Part shown: piece after piece, positions 40,855 through 49,749 of the stretch | How positions within the stretch are numbered: the stretch's first letter is position 1 | Layout of the letters: each line of letters begins with the position of its first letter | Assembly: GCA_029258885.1 (NCBI GenBank) | Contig: JAPDJW010000002.1 | Span: forward strand, 320,001 to 384,000 | Length of the DNA: 64,000 bases | Direction: 5' to 3' | Source: Thermoproteota archaeon | Lineage (GTDB): Archaea > Thermoproteota > Thermoprotei > Thermofilales > B9-G17 | Notes under the pieces: model-generated | Seen by the model: only the letters and a program-made list of their open reading frames with translations | The model's database searches: none | Told to the model about the DNA's origin: nothing | Program-made: the position numbers and the translations under genes

Positions 40855-41316
40855 TATGAAGGGAATGAAGTTTATTAATTTTCTCCAAATTCACATCAAT
40901 ATACGTTCCTATCCTAACGTAGGAGACTAGGGGAAATACGAATTTAAGTTTCCCTTCAAACACCTTAAATACTATATGACCACTTTTCTCTAAGATGAGG
41001 TCCATCCACCTAACGTGTAGCCTAGGAGGACGCATAATTGAATTAACGGTTAAAAGCCTTAGCGAAAATGTTTTCCTGATAGTAGTGGCGGTGTGATAAT
41101 ATTCATAGCCTTAAGAGCTAGAAGAAAGGCTCATCCCTCACTGCCACCTCCTTATCTTCCTAAAGTATATAATATTCTCTTCTCTGAAAAGATAATTTAT
41201 TTTTATATCAGCTCCCTTATTTTCTAAAGGCAATTAACGTATTTATTAAGGTGTAAATCAATTAGTGTAGAAAACATCTAGGGAAAGATATCTAATACAT
41301 TTGGAGGTGCTAAGCT

Positions 41317-42324
41317 ATTGCAGACTATGACCTAGAGATAAGCAAGATAGAGAAATTTGTACAGGAGAATAGGCCAGAAAAAGTATTAATTCAAGCCTCC
41401 GATGGGCTAAAACAGTATCTCCATGATGTTGTGGATACTTTGGAAGGCCTCGGAGTTGAAGCCATACTATATCAGGGACATACCTGGGGCGGATGCGATA
41501 TAGCGTTACATGAAGCTAGAGTATTGGGCATAAAACACATAATTCACGTAGGTCACCACGGCCCCGTAAGAGTAAAAATACCAGACGACATCAAAGTACT
41601 TTTCATACCAGCCTTCTCCAACCTAAGCGTTGAAAAATGCGTCTCTAACGCCATTCAACCTCTATCCGGATACAGGAAAATCGGTCTACTCACATCAATC
41701 CAGCACTACAGGGAGCTGAATAAAGCTAAATCCATACTAGAGGGGGAGGGATTCACAGTAGAAATAGGTTGCAGCAAAAGCATGCCTAGAGGCTTAGTTA
41801 TAGGATGCGACTTAACCACAGCATTAAGTATAAGGGATGAAGTTGAGGCATACCTAGTTATCTCCGGTGGAGTATTCCATCCCTTAGGCGTAGCTATAGC
41901 AACAGAAAAGCCCGTAATAAGGGCAGATCCCTATACGGGTAAAGCAGAGAATATAGCACGAGAGGCTGAGAAGGTTATCAGGCTTAGATTATCCAGCATA
42001 GTTAAGGCAATTGACGCGGAAAACTTCGCTATACTCGTATCAACTAAGCCAGGCCAATACCTCCTATCGAAGGCTATTGAAATCAAAAAGAGGCTAACTG
42101 ATAATGGTAAGAAAGCCTCCATTCTACTGCTCAACGATATAGACCCACTGCAGCTGGAGAACTTCCCTCAATTCGAAGCCTACATTAACACAGCGTGCCC
42201 ACGTGTCCCAATAGATGACTACCAGCTATTCCGCAAGCCGATAATAAACCTTCATGAGGTAGAGTATATCATAAGGGAGAAAATTGAAGATTACATAGGC
42301 TATAAATCCATAAAATACCCCTAG
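41317..42324 (+). CDS. dph2: Diphthamide biosynthesis protein Dph2; the frame extends 38 codons upstream of the listed GTG to an ATT
   Basis: TWGGCD, HVGH, IGCD and ACPRVPIDD motifs. Upstream in-frame YDLEISKIEKF...VLIQASDGLK matches the conserved Dph2 N-terminus. GGAGGTG lies 7 nt before ATT 41317. Confidence 0.9.
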   Translation: MADYDLEISKIEKFVQENRPEKVLIQASDGLKQYLHDVVDTLEGLGVEAILYQGHTWGGCDIALHEARVLGIKHIIHVGHHGPVRVKIPDDIKVLFIPAFSNLSVEKCVSNAIQPLSGYRKIGLLTSIQHYRELNKAKSILEGEGFTVEIGCSKSMPRGLVIGCDLTTALSIRDEVEAYLVISGGVFHPLGVAIATEKPVIRADPYTGKAENIAREAEKVIRLRLSSIVKAIDAENFAILVSTKPGQYLLSKAIEIKKRLTDNGKKASILLLNDIDPLQLENFPQFEAYINTACPRVPIDDYQLFRKPIINLHEVEYIIREKIEDYIGYKSIKYP

Positions 42325-42430
42325 ATATTTGAATAAATCCACAGCCTATAGGCTCTCGCCTATTCTTCTGGATAGCTGTTACCGTTTAACGAGGGAATTT
42401 AGAGTTCGAACTACATGTATGATAGATTAG

Positions 42431-42835
42431 CTACAGCCAAAGCCTAGTTATCTCTTTTATTTTATCGTATTCTTTATCTTCTGAGGCTATTCTCGTAATA
42501 TTGTGTAGGAGCATAGCTGCTGTATGTAAGGCATCCGAGGGTTTAATCTTATACTTCTGGATTATTTCAACGGATTTCTTATACTCCGGTTCACCTAGGG
42601 GTAATATTTCAACAAAGGGCAGGACTATCGTATCTATAAAATCCGTTGTTACATCATACGGGACTCTATACTTTTTCCTAGAAATATAGATTACTTCATC
42701 TAACACCAAGACGTCAGTATATGCCTTATACTTTGACAGCAGATTTAGATAAAAATCCTCATATATTCTCCTTATGCTCGGCGTCTTTACGGCGTTTAAG
42801 TATACCAGTAAGTTTGCATTCACAAAAATTTTCAT
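42431..42835 (-). CDS. vapC: VapC PIN-domain toxin
   Basis: IFVNANLL, VLDEV, SDALHTA and SEDKEYDKI motifs. Confidence 0.88.
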   Translation of the reverse strand: MKIFVNANLLVYLNAVKTPSIRRIYEDFYLNLLSKYKAYTDVLVLDEVIYISRKKYRVPYDVTTDFIDTIVLPFVEILPLGEPEYKKSVEIIQKYKIKPSDALHTAAMLLHNITRIASEDKEYDKIKEITRLWL

Positions 42836-43134
42836 TCTTCAAATTCCTCCTCTAAGTATACTGCAGTTAGATCCCCAGGTTTAGGCTCAACTATCTCTGA
42901 AATTCCTCTTATCCTCTCTGCATGCTTCTTAAGGGCTTCTCTAAGCTTTTTCTCATCAAATTTTCTAACAGGCTTCAAGAGAATGCCATCTCTAATCTCA
43001 ACTATAACTTCATCTCCCTCCTCTATGCCAACAGCCTCCCTCACCGCCTTAGGAAGGATAATATAGCCTTTCTTACCGACTTTAAGCTTAAGAGTCAAAC
43101 CTGATCCACCTACAGTTAAACTAGGTTTAACCAA
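42832..43134 (-). CDS. AbrB/MazE-type antitoxin
   Basis: KVGKKGYIILPKAVREAVGIEEGD motif, overlaps the vapC start. Confidence 0.88.
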   Translation of the reverse strand: MVKPSLTVGGSGLTLKLKVGKKGYIILPKAVREAVGIEEGDEVIVEIRDGILLKPVRKFDEKKLREALKKHAERIRGISEIVEPKPGDLTAVYLEEEFEE

Positions 43135-43447
43135 TATAAAAGTTATGCTCTAACGGAGAGTTTCATAATTAATTGTGTTAAGGTAAACTCTTCTATTCAT
43201 TACAGCTTATAGGAAGGCCTTAGAGGAGGAAGTTGAAGACGAGTTAAATAAGCAAGGTTTCAGCATGTAATGAATTATTTGAGTACTGCTATACTGCTTC
43301 TGAAAAGTTCTAGAAAATATTGAAGAAGAGTTAGTGAAAATAAAGGCTAAGTCCTAAGTCATTCTATGGGCTCCACTTAGTATACGCGTTTAAAATATAA
43401 AAATTTTTCTGAGTAAAAATAAATATTAGTAAAATAAGTTAAATTAT

Positions 43448-44461
43448 ATGAAAGAAAGCTTTCTTGAATATTCTCTTAGAGAATCATTAGCCTGCCCTAT
43501 ATGCAGAGGATCTCTTGAAATTAGGAAAGCTACTAGACGTAACAGTGTTATTCAGAGAGCTATTTTATCTTGTGTTTCATGTAGTACCTTGTTTAAAGTT
43601 TACGCGAGAATTCCAGTTCTACTTAAGCCAGGCCAGTACGCTTGCTGGAATCATCCCCATGTAGAGGCTGTTTTCGGCTTTACTCTAGAGTCCTACGAAG
43701 AACTCTTAAGGAAATATGGTGTAGAAGAAGTTAGAAGAAGAGCTTTCAGAATACTCAGAGGAGAGTACTCTCCTCCTAAAGTATTTTTTAAAGAACCTGT
43801 TGATAGAAGACTTTTAGCTATAGGCGGCTGGCGTATTAGAAAATGCTATGTTGAAAGGCATTTAAGAAGAATTAAGGAGCAAACAAAGAGCTCCACGTCT
43901 CTCAGGAGAATGGTCGGTATTGCTAGAGAATATTCTCCATGTAAAATACTTGATATGTGTTCTGGCGGCGGATTCTTTTTAACTTGTCTTATCGAAAAAT
44001 ATAGGGACTTTAAAGAATTCTATAGCTTTGACATAGATTATAAATGTGCTAAAAGAGTTGAAGGAACTTTAACTTATTACAAGCTCTTAGACAGGTCTCT
44101 ACCCATGGTCGCTGACGCTAGAGCTATGCCGTTTAAAGAGAACTACTTTGATATAATTACCAATAATTGTGGCTTTAACCAGATTCTCGGATATACTAAA
44201 GCTGTTAAAGAAGCTTACCGCGTGCTTAAGCCCGGAGGAAAACTTATCGTAAGGGAATTCTACGGTATTACTACGTGGGACAGCGGCTTAACTCGAAGAA
44301 ATCTCGGATTTACTGTAGACGAGCTAGTAGAGCTTTACAGACACTATGACATCTATGTTAATAAAGAATCTTTTATTAAAATTTTAGAAAAAACCGGTTT
44401 TACTATAGAGCTAGTAGAAGATATTAACGATAAATACTACTTACTAGTATGTACAAAGTAG
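43448..44461 (+). CDS. Class I SAM-dependent methyltransferase with a Trm112-like N-terminal Zn-ribbon
   Basis: LACPIC...CVSC...RIPVLL, ILDMCSGGG, DARAMPF and RVLKPGG motifs. Confidence 0.85.
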   Translation: MKESFLEYSLRESLACPICRGSLEIRKATRRNSVIQRAILSCVSCSTLFKVYARIPVLLKPGQYACWNHPHVEAVFGFTLESYEELLRKYGVEEVRRRAFRILRGEYSPPKVFFKEPVDRRLLAIGGWRIRKCYVERHLRRIKEQTKSSTSLRRMVGIAREYSPCKILDMCSGGGFFLTCLIEKYRDFKEFYSFDIDYKCAKRVEGTLTYYKLLDRSLPMVADARAMPFKENYFDIITNNCGFNQILGYTKAVKEAYRVLKPGGKLIVREFYGITTWDSGLTRRNLGFTVDELVELYRHYDIYVNKESFIKILEKTGFTIELVEDINDKYYLLVCTK

Positions 44462-44506
44462 TTAACTCTGCCAGCGAGCTAGTTACTGTAAACGTTGTTT
44501 CGGAGC

Positions 44507-44895
44507 TTAGAGAGTAAGCGGAGCTTTTTCGGTTTTTCCGTCTAGCTCCAGTACTATTACTGTGTCGTAGGGATCTGATGCTAGCCTCGGTCGTCCTTTG
44601 AGAAATACTCTATCCTTTTTCTGCTCTACTTTTAATTCTTCTCCACTCTCCTATAGCTTCTAGTCTTTCTAGTGCTTCTGGCGGAAATGTTCCGTCGGCT
44701 CGAGGCCCTACATTCAAGAGAAGATTACCCTCGTTATTCGCACATGTTACTAGAATCTGTATTAACTGCTTAACAGACTTCCAGTTTCTGTCAGCCTCAA
44801 AGTACCCCCCAGTTATCGTTCATAGTCATACATGTTTCCCAAAGCCTTTGGGCTTAGAGGGCTTTATTACTTGCTCAGGTGTATCAAAGTCTTCT
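44507..44895 (-). pseudogene. Alpha-L-fucosidase (GH29) C-terminal remnant
   Basis: DFDTPEQ, WETCMTMNDNWG(Y) and GNLLLNVGPRADG...RLEAIGEW, then DPYDTVIVLELDG. Several frameshifts and an apparent internal deletion. Confidence 0.85.
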
Positions 44896-44972
44896 AGTCG
44901 CTGGACGCTTTTTCGGACAAAACCCGGACAAAATTTGTCTGATTTTCAAGATAATTTATTTGATGTAACTAT

Positions 44973-45797
44973 CTACTTTCCAGAAATTTTATCAAGAATA
45001 GCTGGCCTAACTATATCTCCGGTGGCCTTTAAAACCCAAATCCCTTCCTCTCTAGCCCTTTCTATCAGATCATGCATAGCAAGCGATACATAGATAACGG
45101 GAATAATAGTCTTCCTCACCTTTTCCGGATAATTAAGCTTAAGCTTTTCGATCTTCCTTATAAGCTCATCGACAAGAGACCTACCAGCTCTAACACTCAC
45201 CTCACCTATAATGCAAACGTCATCGGATACTCCATAAATGTTTATCTCAATTCCGGGAAGTACAAGCCTATACAAATTAACGTCTAGACCAAGCTCCCTA
45301 AGCCTATACTTGACAACCGACAACCCCTCATCCTCAATATCCAACGTAAGCTTCTCAAGCGTACGCTCAACCCTAGACAACCTATTACTGAGACTCTCAA
45401 TCATCCTATTGAAGTCTTCTCTCAGTCTTATCTGCTCTTTCCTCATTTCATTGAATTCCTCTCTTAGCCTTATTTGCTCCTTTCTCATCTCGTTGAAGTC
45501 TTCTCTCAGCTTTATCTGCTCCTTTCTTAGCTCTTCAAAGCTTTTCCTCATTTCATTGAAGTCTTCCCTTAGCTTTATCTGCTCTTTCCTCATCTCCTCA
45601 AAGCTCCTCCATAGCTTTATCTGCTCTTTCCTCATTTCGTTGAATTCTTCCCTTAGCCTTATCTGCTCCTCCATTAGATCGTCTAGTCTCTCAAGTATCT
45701 CTCTCATACCGATGTATCCGGCTACCGCATACCTAAATTCCTTATCCTCCTCAAGTAACCTTAGTATTTTTTCCTTAAGCTGACGCATACCTCCCAA
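44973..45797 (-). CDS. Heptad-repeat coiled-coil protein with a C-terminal PD-(D/E)xK-like domain (DUF3782/paREP-like)
   Basis: LLEEDKEFRYAVAG N-terminus, repeated EQI(R/K)LREEFNEMRK units, EINIYG...IGEVSVR C-terminus. Confidence 0.8.
   Translation of the reverse strand: MGGMRQLKEKILRLLEEDKEFRYAVAGYIGMREILERLDDLMEEQIRLREEFNEMRKEQIKLWRSFEEMRKEQIKLREDFNEMRKSFEELRKEQIKLREDFNEMRKEQIRLREEFNEMRKEQIRLREDFNRMIESLSNRLSRVERTLEKLTLDIEDEGLSVVKYRLRELGLDVNLYRLVLPGIEINIYGVSDDVCIIGEVSVRAGRSLVDELIRKIEKLKLNYPEKVRKTIIPVIYVSLAMHDLIERAREEGIWVLKATGDIVRPAILDKISGK
45390..45680. repeat. Imperfect 42-bp tandem repeats (14-aa unit) inside the coiled-coil gene
   Basis: Recurring CTTATCTGCTC...CTCATTTC(A/G)TTGAA units, about 6 copies. 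Boundaries approximate. Confidence 0.8.
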
Positions 45798-45993
45798 TTA
45801 TAGGTTAAAGAAATTAGTATTTAAAAATATATGTTATTAAAACAGACAAATCTATACCGTACCTAACGATAAGCTTCAGGTTTAAGTAGCTAAAAAGAAT
45901 TATGTTAACAATAATCTATGTTCCTATTAGAGGTAGCATCGGCAGATTTAAATTACACCTAGTGCTTATCTCTCTAAATATAGGGAGTTCTAT

Positions 45994-46779
45994 ATGAAAA
46001 GAATACTTGTAACAAATGACGACGGTATAGGTAGCATAGGATTAAGAATACTATTCAACTCCGTTAGAAGCCTTGGAACAGTATATGTTGTTGCACCAGA
46101 AGGACCTAAAAGCGCCGTGGGATTAAGCCTAACCTTACACAAGCCTTTAAGGGTTCTCCATAGGATAAAGTATGCAGAGAGAGCTTGGGTTGTAAGCGGT
46201 ACTCCATCGGACTGCATACATATAGGAATAGAGAAGATAATAGGCAGAAAACCTGACCTAGTATTATCAGGGATAAACCTAGGGGATAATACAAGCATAC
46301 AGGTTATCCTAGCCTCCGGAACAGTTGGAGCGGCCATGCAGTCGGCAATAATAGGTATACCCTCAATAGCATTCTCAACAGCCATAGATGATCCGGATAG
46401 GCTTGAAAGAAGCAGGGAATACGTTAGAATAATGAGTAGGTTTGTAAGGAGAATAGTTGAATGGGTACTGGAAAACGGCATGCCTGAGGATGTAAAGCTA
46501 CTAAACGTAAACTTCCCGCCAAAGCTAAGCGAGGATACTAAAGCAATGCTGACTAGACCAGCATTAATGAGGTTTAAGGAGAGAATAATCGAGAGAAGAG
46601 ATCCTAGAGGAAGACCATACTACTGGATATATGGAACAGTACTAGATAATCCGCAGCCTGGAACGGATGTATATGCGGTATGGGTAGAAAATAAGATATC
46701 CATTACACCAATATCAATAAATCTACAGGCGGCAAATACAGAATTCTTTAAACCTTTAGAAAAAAGATTAAACGAATAA
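45994..46779 (+). CDS. surE: 5'/3'-nucleotidase SurE
   Basis: ILVTNDDG, VVSGTPSDC, SGINLGDN, SGTVGAAM and LNVNFP motifs. Confidence 0.96.
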   Translation: MKRILVTNDDGIGSIGLRILFNSVRSLGTVYVVAPEGPKSAVGLSLTLHKPLRVLHRIKYAERAWVVSGTPSDCIHIGIEKIIGRKPDLVLSGINLGDNTSIQVILASGTVGAAMQSAIIGIPSIAFSTAIDDPDRLERSREYVRIMSRFVRRIVEWVLENGMPEDVKLLNVNFPPKLSEDTKAMLTRPALMRFKERIIERRDPRGRPYYWIYGTVLDNPQPGTDVYAVWVENKISITPISINLQAANTEFFKPLEKRLNE

Positions 46780-47331
46780 TGACAGTAAAATTTATAATAT
46801 AAAAATCAGATATTTATTCTAAAATAAAGGCAGAAAACAATCGTGTATCTAATATCATCAAAAGTAAGGTATAAATATTGTATTGTTAGAACCGAATAGA
46901 AAATGAAATACTAATTGAATAAAAATAGAGAACTTTTTTCTAATTAAAATTATAAAATTATCCGATATATAATTAACGTATTCATGTCAAATATTTGTTT
47001 CAATAAAATATTGATTAGAATTAACATTAGAAAATTATAGATATTTGCAGTGGAAATGTTTTTGAAATATTCGTTATCGGTGAAAGTCGAAGTTAAAAGG
47101 CCTTAAAACAACGCTTTAGGAGATAGTGTTTTAAAGCTAATTTTGCAGTTTTGCGTCCACAAAACTGCTACAAAAAATATATGAAGTTATATCAAATATT
47201 TTTTCATAGAATGGTCGAAATTAATGTTGTATATTTTATTGAATTTAATATCCTTATAGATTTTTTGGTAACGTTACGTAACGTTATATAACGTTATGCA
47301 TATTAACTTGTAACGGCATACTGTTATTATT

Positions 47332-47430
47332 ATGGCTAGCATTGCAGAGCTGATAAGGAAGGGTGAGGGAGAAACCATAGAGTTTAAGAGAAGCCTAGCC
47401 GAGCTTAGAGAGATAGTTGAGACTAAGTAA
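47332..47430 (+). pseudogene. 5' fragment of a Schlafen/AlbA_2-domain gene cut by the integrated element
   Basis: MASIAELIRKGEGETIEFKRSLAELREIVET continues in frame at 56454 as IVETICAFSNTRGG once the element is removed. Confidence 0.9.
47413..47425 (+). repeat. attL: 13-bp direct repeat ATAGTTGAGACTA
   Basis: Identical copy at 56454-56466. Recombining the two restores the host reading frame. Confidence 0.9.
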
Positions 47431-47484
47431 ACGGATGTGTTGAGATAGCTTTTTATAGAACCGGATGCGAAAACTTAGCTCGTG

Positions 47485-48864
47485 ATGGGGGCTACGAAAT
47501 CTCAGGTTTTAGAGGACTTCCTGAAGCTCTATTCGGATAAGACTAGTACTCCAAAGACGTACAGGTACCTCCTAGAGATATTTTTCAAGATGGCGGGAAC
47601 TACGCCTGACGATTTTGCTGAGATGGTGAAGCAAGATCCCGAGAAAGCAAAGAACTTATGCTACGATGTCCTTCACAGGATGCAGGTGGAGAAGGTGAGG
47701 GATAAGCAGAAACTGAGGGGAGGGGGATATTCCCCGAAAACTATAACGAACGCTATGGTGGCATTAAACCAGTTTCTCAGCTTCCTCAACGCTGGGTTCA
47801 GGGTCAAGGTGAGGGGGATTAAGCCTATTCCTGTAAATCTAGACTACATCCCCTCCATCGAAGAGATCGAGATATTAATCTCTAAGGCTAGGTTCGAGGT
47901 TAAGCCTATAATAGCATTGATAGCTTTCTCTGGAATGAGAATAGGAGACATCTTAAAGCTGAGGTATAAGAATATAGCTGGCGACATAGAATACATTCCC
48001 GAGGAGAAAAAGTATAGGGCTAAGAGGCTGCCTGCTAAGATCATAGTATTTCAGGAAAAGACTGGGAGACCGTACGTTACCTTCATGGGCTCGAAGTGTT
48101 GTGGAATTCTCACTACTTACCTCAACGACCTCGTTGTAAGGAGGGGGAGACCTCTCGAGGACGAGGATAAGCTGTTCAAGCTAACCTACCAAGCTTTCAT
48201 TATGGCCTTTATGAGGCTCGTCAAGAGGTGTAGCATTCAAGTTCCTTCGATCAAGAGGCTCCGTCCATACTCTCTTAGGAAATACTTTAGGCTACACGTC
48301 TCTAAGCTAGGCGAGGAGACGGCTGAGTATTTGATGGGGCATGTCCGGGGGATAAATTCACTTACCGCTACCTACACGGGGCTACGTGACTTAGATCGCC
48401 GCGCGGTAGAGGAGCTCAGGAAGAGGTTTGCTGAAATACTCCCTGAACTTGAAGGAACTGCGTTCATGTTCAAGGAGGAAGTAGAGAAGCTACATCGGCA
48501 ACAGCAGGAAGAGCTGGAGAGGCTACGAAGGGAGGTCGAGTACTTGAGGGAGGCTCATAACAAGCTCCTCAAAATTCTCACGTGGGATGTCTTAGAGCCC
48601 CACGACCTGAAGAAGATATTCAGCTTCGCCTACGAGATAGCTGGCAAGAGGCTCCGTGAAACGTACTTGAAAGAGGACGAGGAACGGGTGAAAAGGGATT
48701 TTGAGGATGCGGCTAGGGTCGTAGCTAGGAGTATTGAAACTATGAAGGAGAGGAAATACGTTATTGCAAGAGGGGAAGCAGATCTCCTCAACTACCTCGA
48801 AATAGGCTACGAGCTAGTGAAGGAGCTGTCTGGAAACAGGTTTCTGCTCAGGAGACCAAAGTAG
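47485..48864 (+). CDS. Tyrosine integrase (intact, with C-terminal coiled-coil)
   Basis: FSGMRIGDIL (R), QEKT (K), YSLRKYFR, YLMGH and ATY catalytic set. Located 59 nt from attL. Confidence 0.92.
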   Translation: MGATKSQVLEDFLKLYSDKTSTPKTYRYLLEIFFKMAGTTPDDFAEMVKQDPEKAKNLCYDVLHRMQVEKVRDKQKLRGGGYSPKTITNAMVALNQFLSFLNAGFRVKVRGIKPIPVNLDYIPSIEEIEILISKARFEVKPIIALIAFSGMRIGDILKLRYKNIAGDIEYIPEEKKYRAKRLPAKIIVFQEKTGRPYVTFMGSKCCGILTTYLNDLVVRRGRPLEDEDKLFKLTYQAFIMAFMRLVKRCSIQVPSIKRLRPYSLRKYFRLHVSKLGEETAEYLMGHVRGINSLTATYTGLRDLDRRAVEELRKRFAEILPELEGTAFMFKEEVEKLHRQQQEELERLRREVEYLREAHNKLLKILTWDVLEPHDLKKIFSFAYEIAGKRLRETYLKEDEERVKRDFEDAARVVARSIETMKERKYVIARGEADLLNYLEIGYELVKELSGNRFLLRRPK

Positions 48865-48942
48865 CTGGCTAGCAGAACCGAGACAAACATAAGCGTCAGG
48901 CATTCCAGAAAATGGAATTTTGGAGGATTTGAGCTAAGTAAA

Positions 48943-49393
48943 ATGCGAATTCACGAGGCATTAAAGGAAACAGCTCATGGAGAGGAAGGGGATGTATGCT
49001 TTCAGGATCCCCGTCTCCGGATCGAGGGATCTCCCCGACGTCTTTGCAGTAGACAGCTACGGGAAAGCCGTCTACGCCTTCGAAATAAAATCTACCACGA
49101 GGCGGGTGGTGAAGGTGAAGAGGAAGCAGATCACTAGACTGCTCCGCTTCTGCAAAGCTTTCGAGAGGATAGCTAAGACTGCCGCCCTCCTCGCAGTGTA
49201 CAGCTACAGGCTGAGGCGCTGGTTCGTCTGGGAGGTAGACAAGTCGGCTCCATACTACTCTGAGGCGGTGATAGTGCTAGATTTCCAGAACTCGGGGGCA
49301 GTAGTGAGGAAAGGCGATTTTTTAAATCGGGGGATCTATAGCGAAATGTTCACGAAGCTCCTGAATCCCAAGCGTGGGAGTTTTCAGCGGTAA
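48943..49393 (+). CDS. Hjc-like Holliday junction resolvase with a +1 frameshift near its start
   Basis: FRIPVSGS..LPDVFAV...FEIKST core in ORF 48977-49393. The N-terminal MRIHEAL is in another frame and joins RKQLMERKG if A48964 is skipped. Confidence 0.75.
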
Positions 49394-49458
49394 TACAGAC
49401 AGAATTCTAAAACTTGGTTTTCGGCTGAAAATTCCCCTTCCTTCAAATCCTCTAAAAC

Positions 49459-49740
49459 TCAGCGGCGGTAGTAGTATTCCTCGCTCTCGGGTTGCCTCCC
49501 GAAGATAGCTGAGAGAACTACCCAGAGGAAGAGGAAGATGAACAGGTACGGGAGCCCGGTGTAGACGAAGGAGTCGACGATGCTCTTTATGCTGTTGGCG
49601 CTCGCCTCCCAGCGGGTTCCGCTGACGTTGAAGAGCGGGAGGATCTGCGTGTCGATGACGTTGTAGTACACCATGTCGATGAGGTAGTAGAGCACTGAAA
49701 ACATCAGCACGACGAACATTAGGACGGCGATGATCCTCAC
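49459..49740 (-). CDS. Two-helix hydrophobic protein, putative minor capsid/structural protein
   Basis: Two long hydrophobic segments joined by NVSGTRWEASAN, GGTGA RBS 5 nt before GTG, similar to the 88-aa protein. Confidence 0.6.
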   Translation of the reverse strand: MRIIAVLMFVVLMFSVLYYLIDMVYYNVIDTQILPLFNVSGTRWEASANSIKSIVDSFVYTGLPYLFIFLFLWVVLSAIFGRQPESEEYYYRR

Positions 49741-49749
49741 CTAAATCAC

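Noticed and set aside
46998-47014. TTTCAATAAAATATTGA resembling the CRISPR repeat core
   Set aside because: Single copy, 3 mismatches in 17, lying in very AT-rich DNA with no spacer structure.
47400-47440. tRNA gene as the integration target
   Set aside because: No tRNA-like sequence at either att site, and the repeat lies in a protein reading frame. I recognised no tRNA or rRNA genes anywhere in the window.
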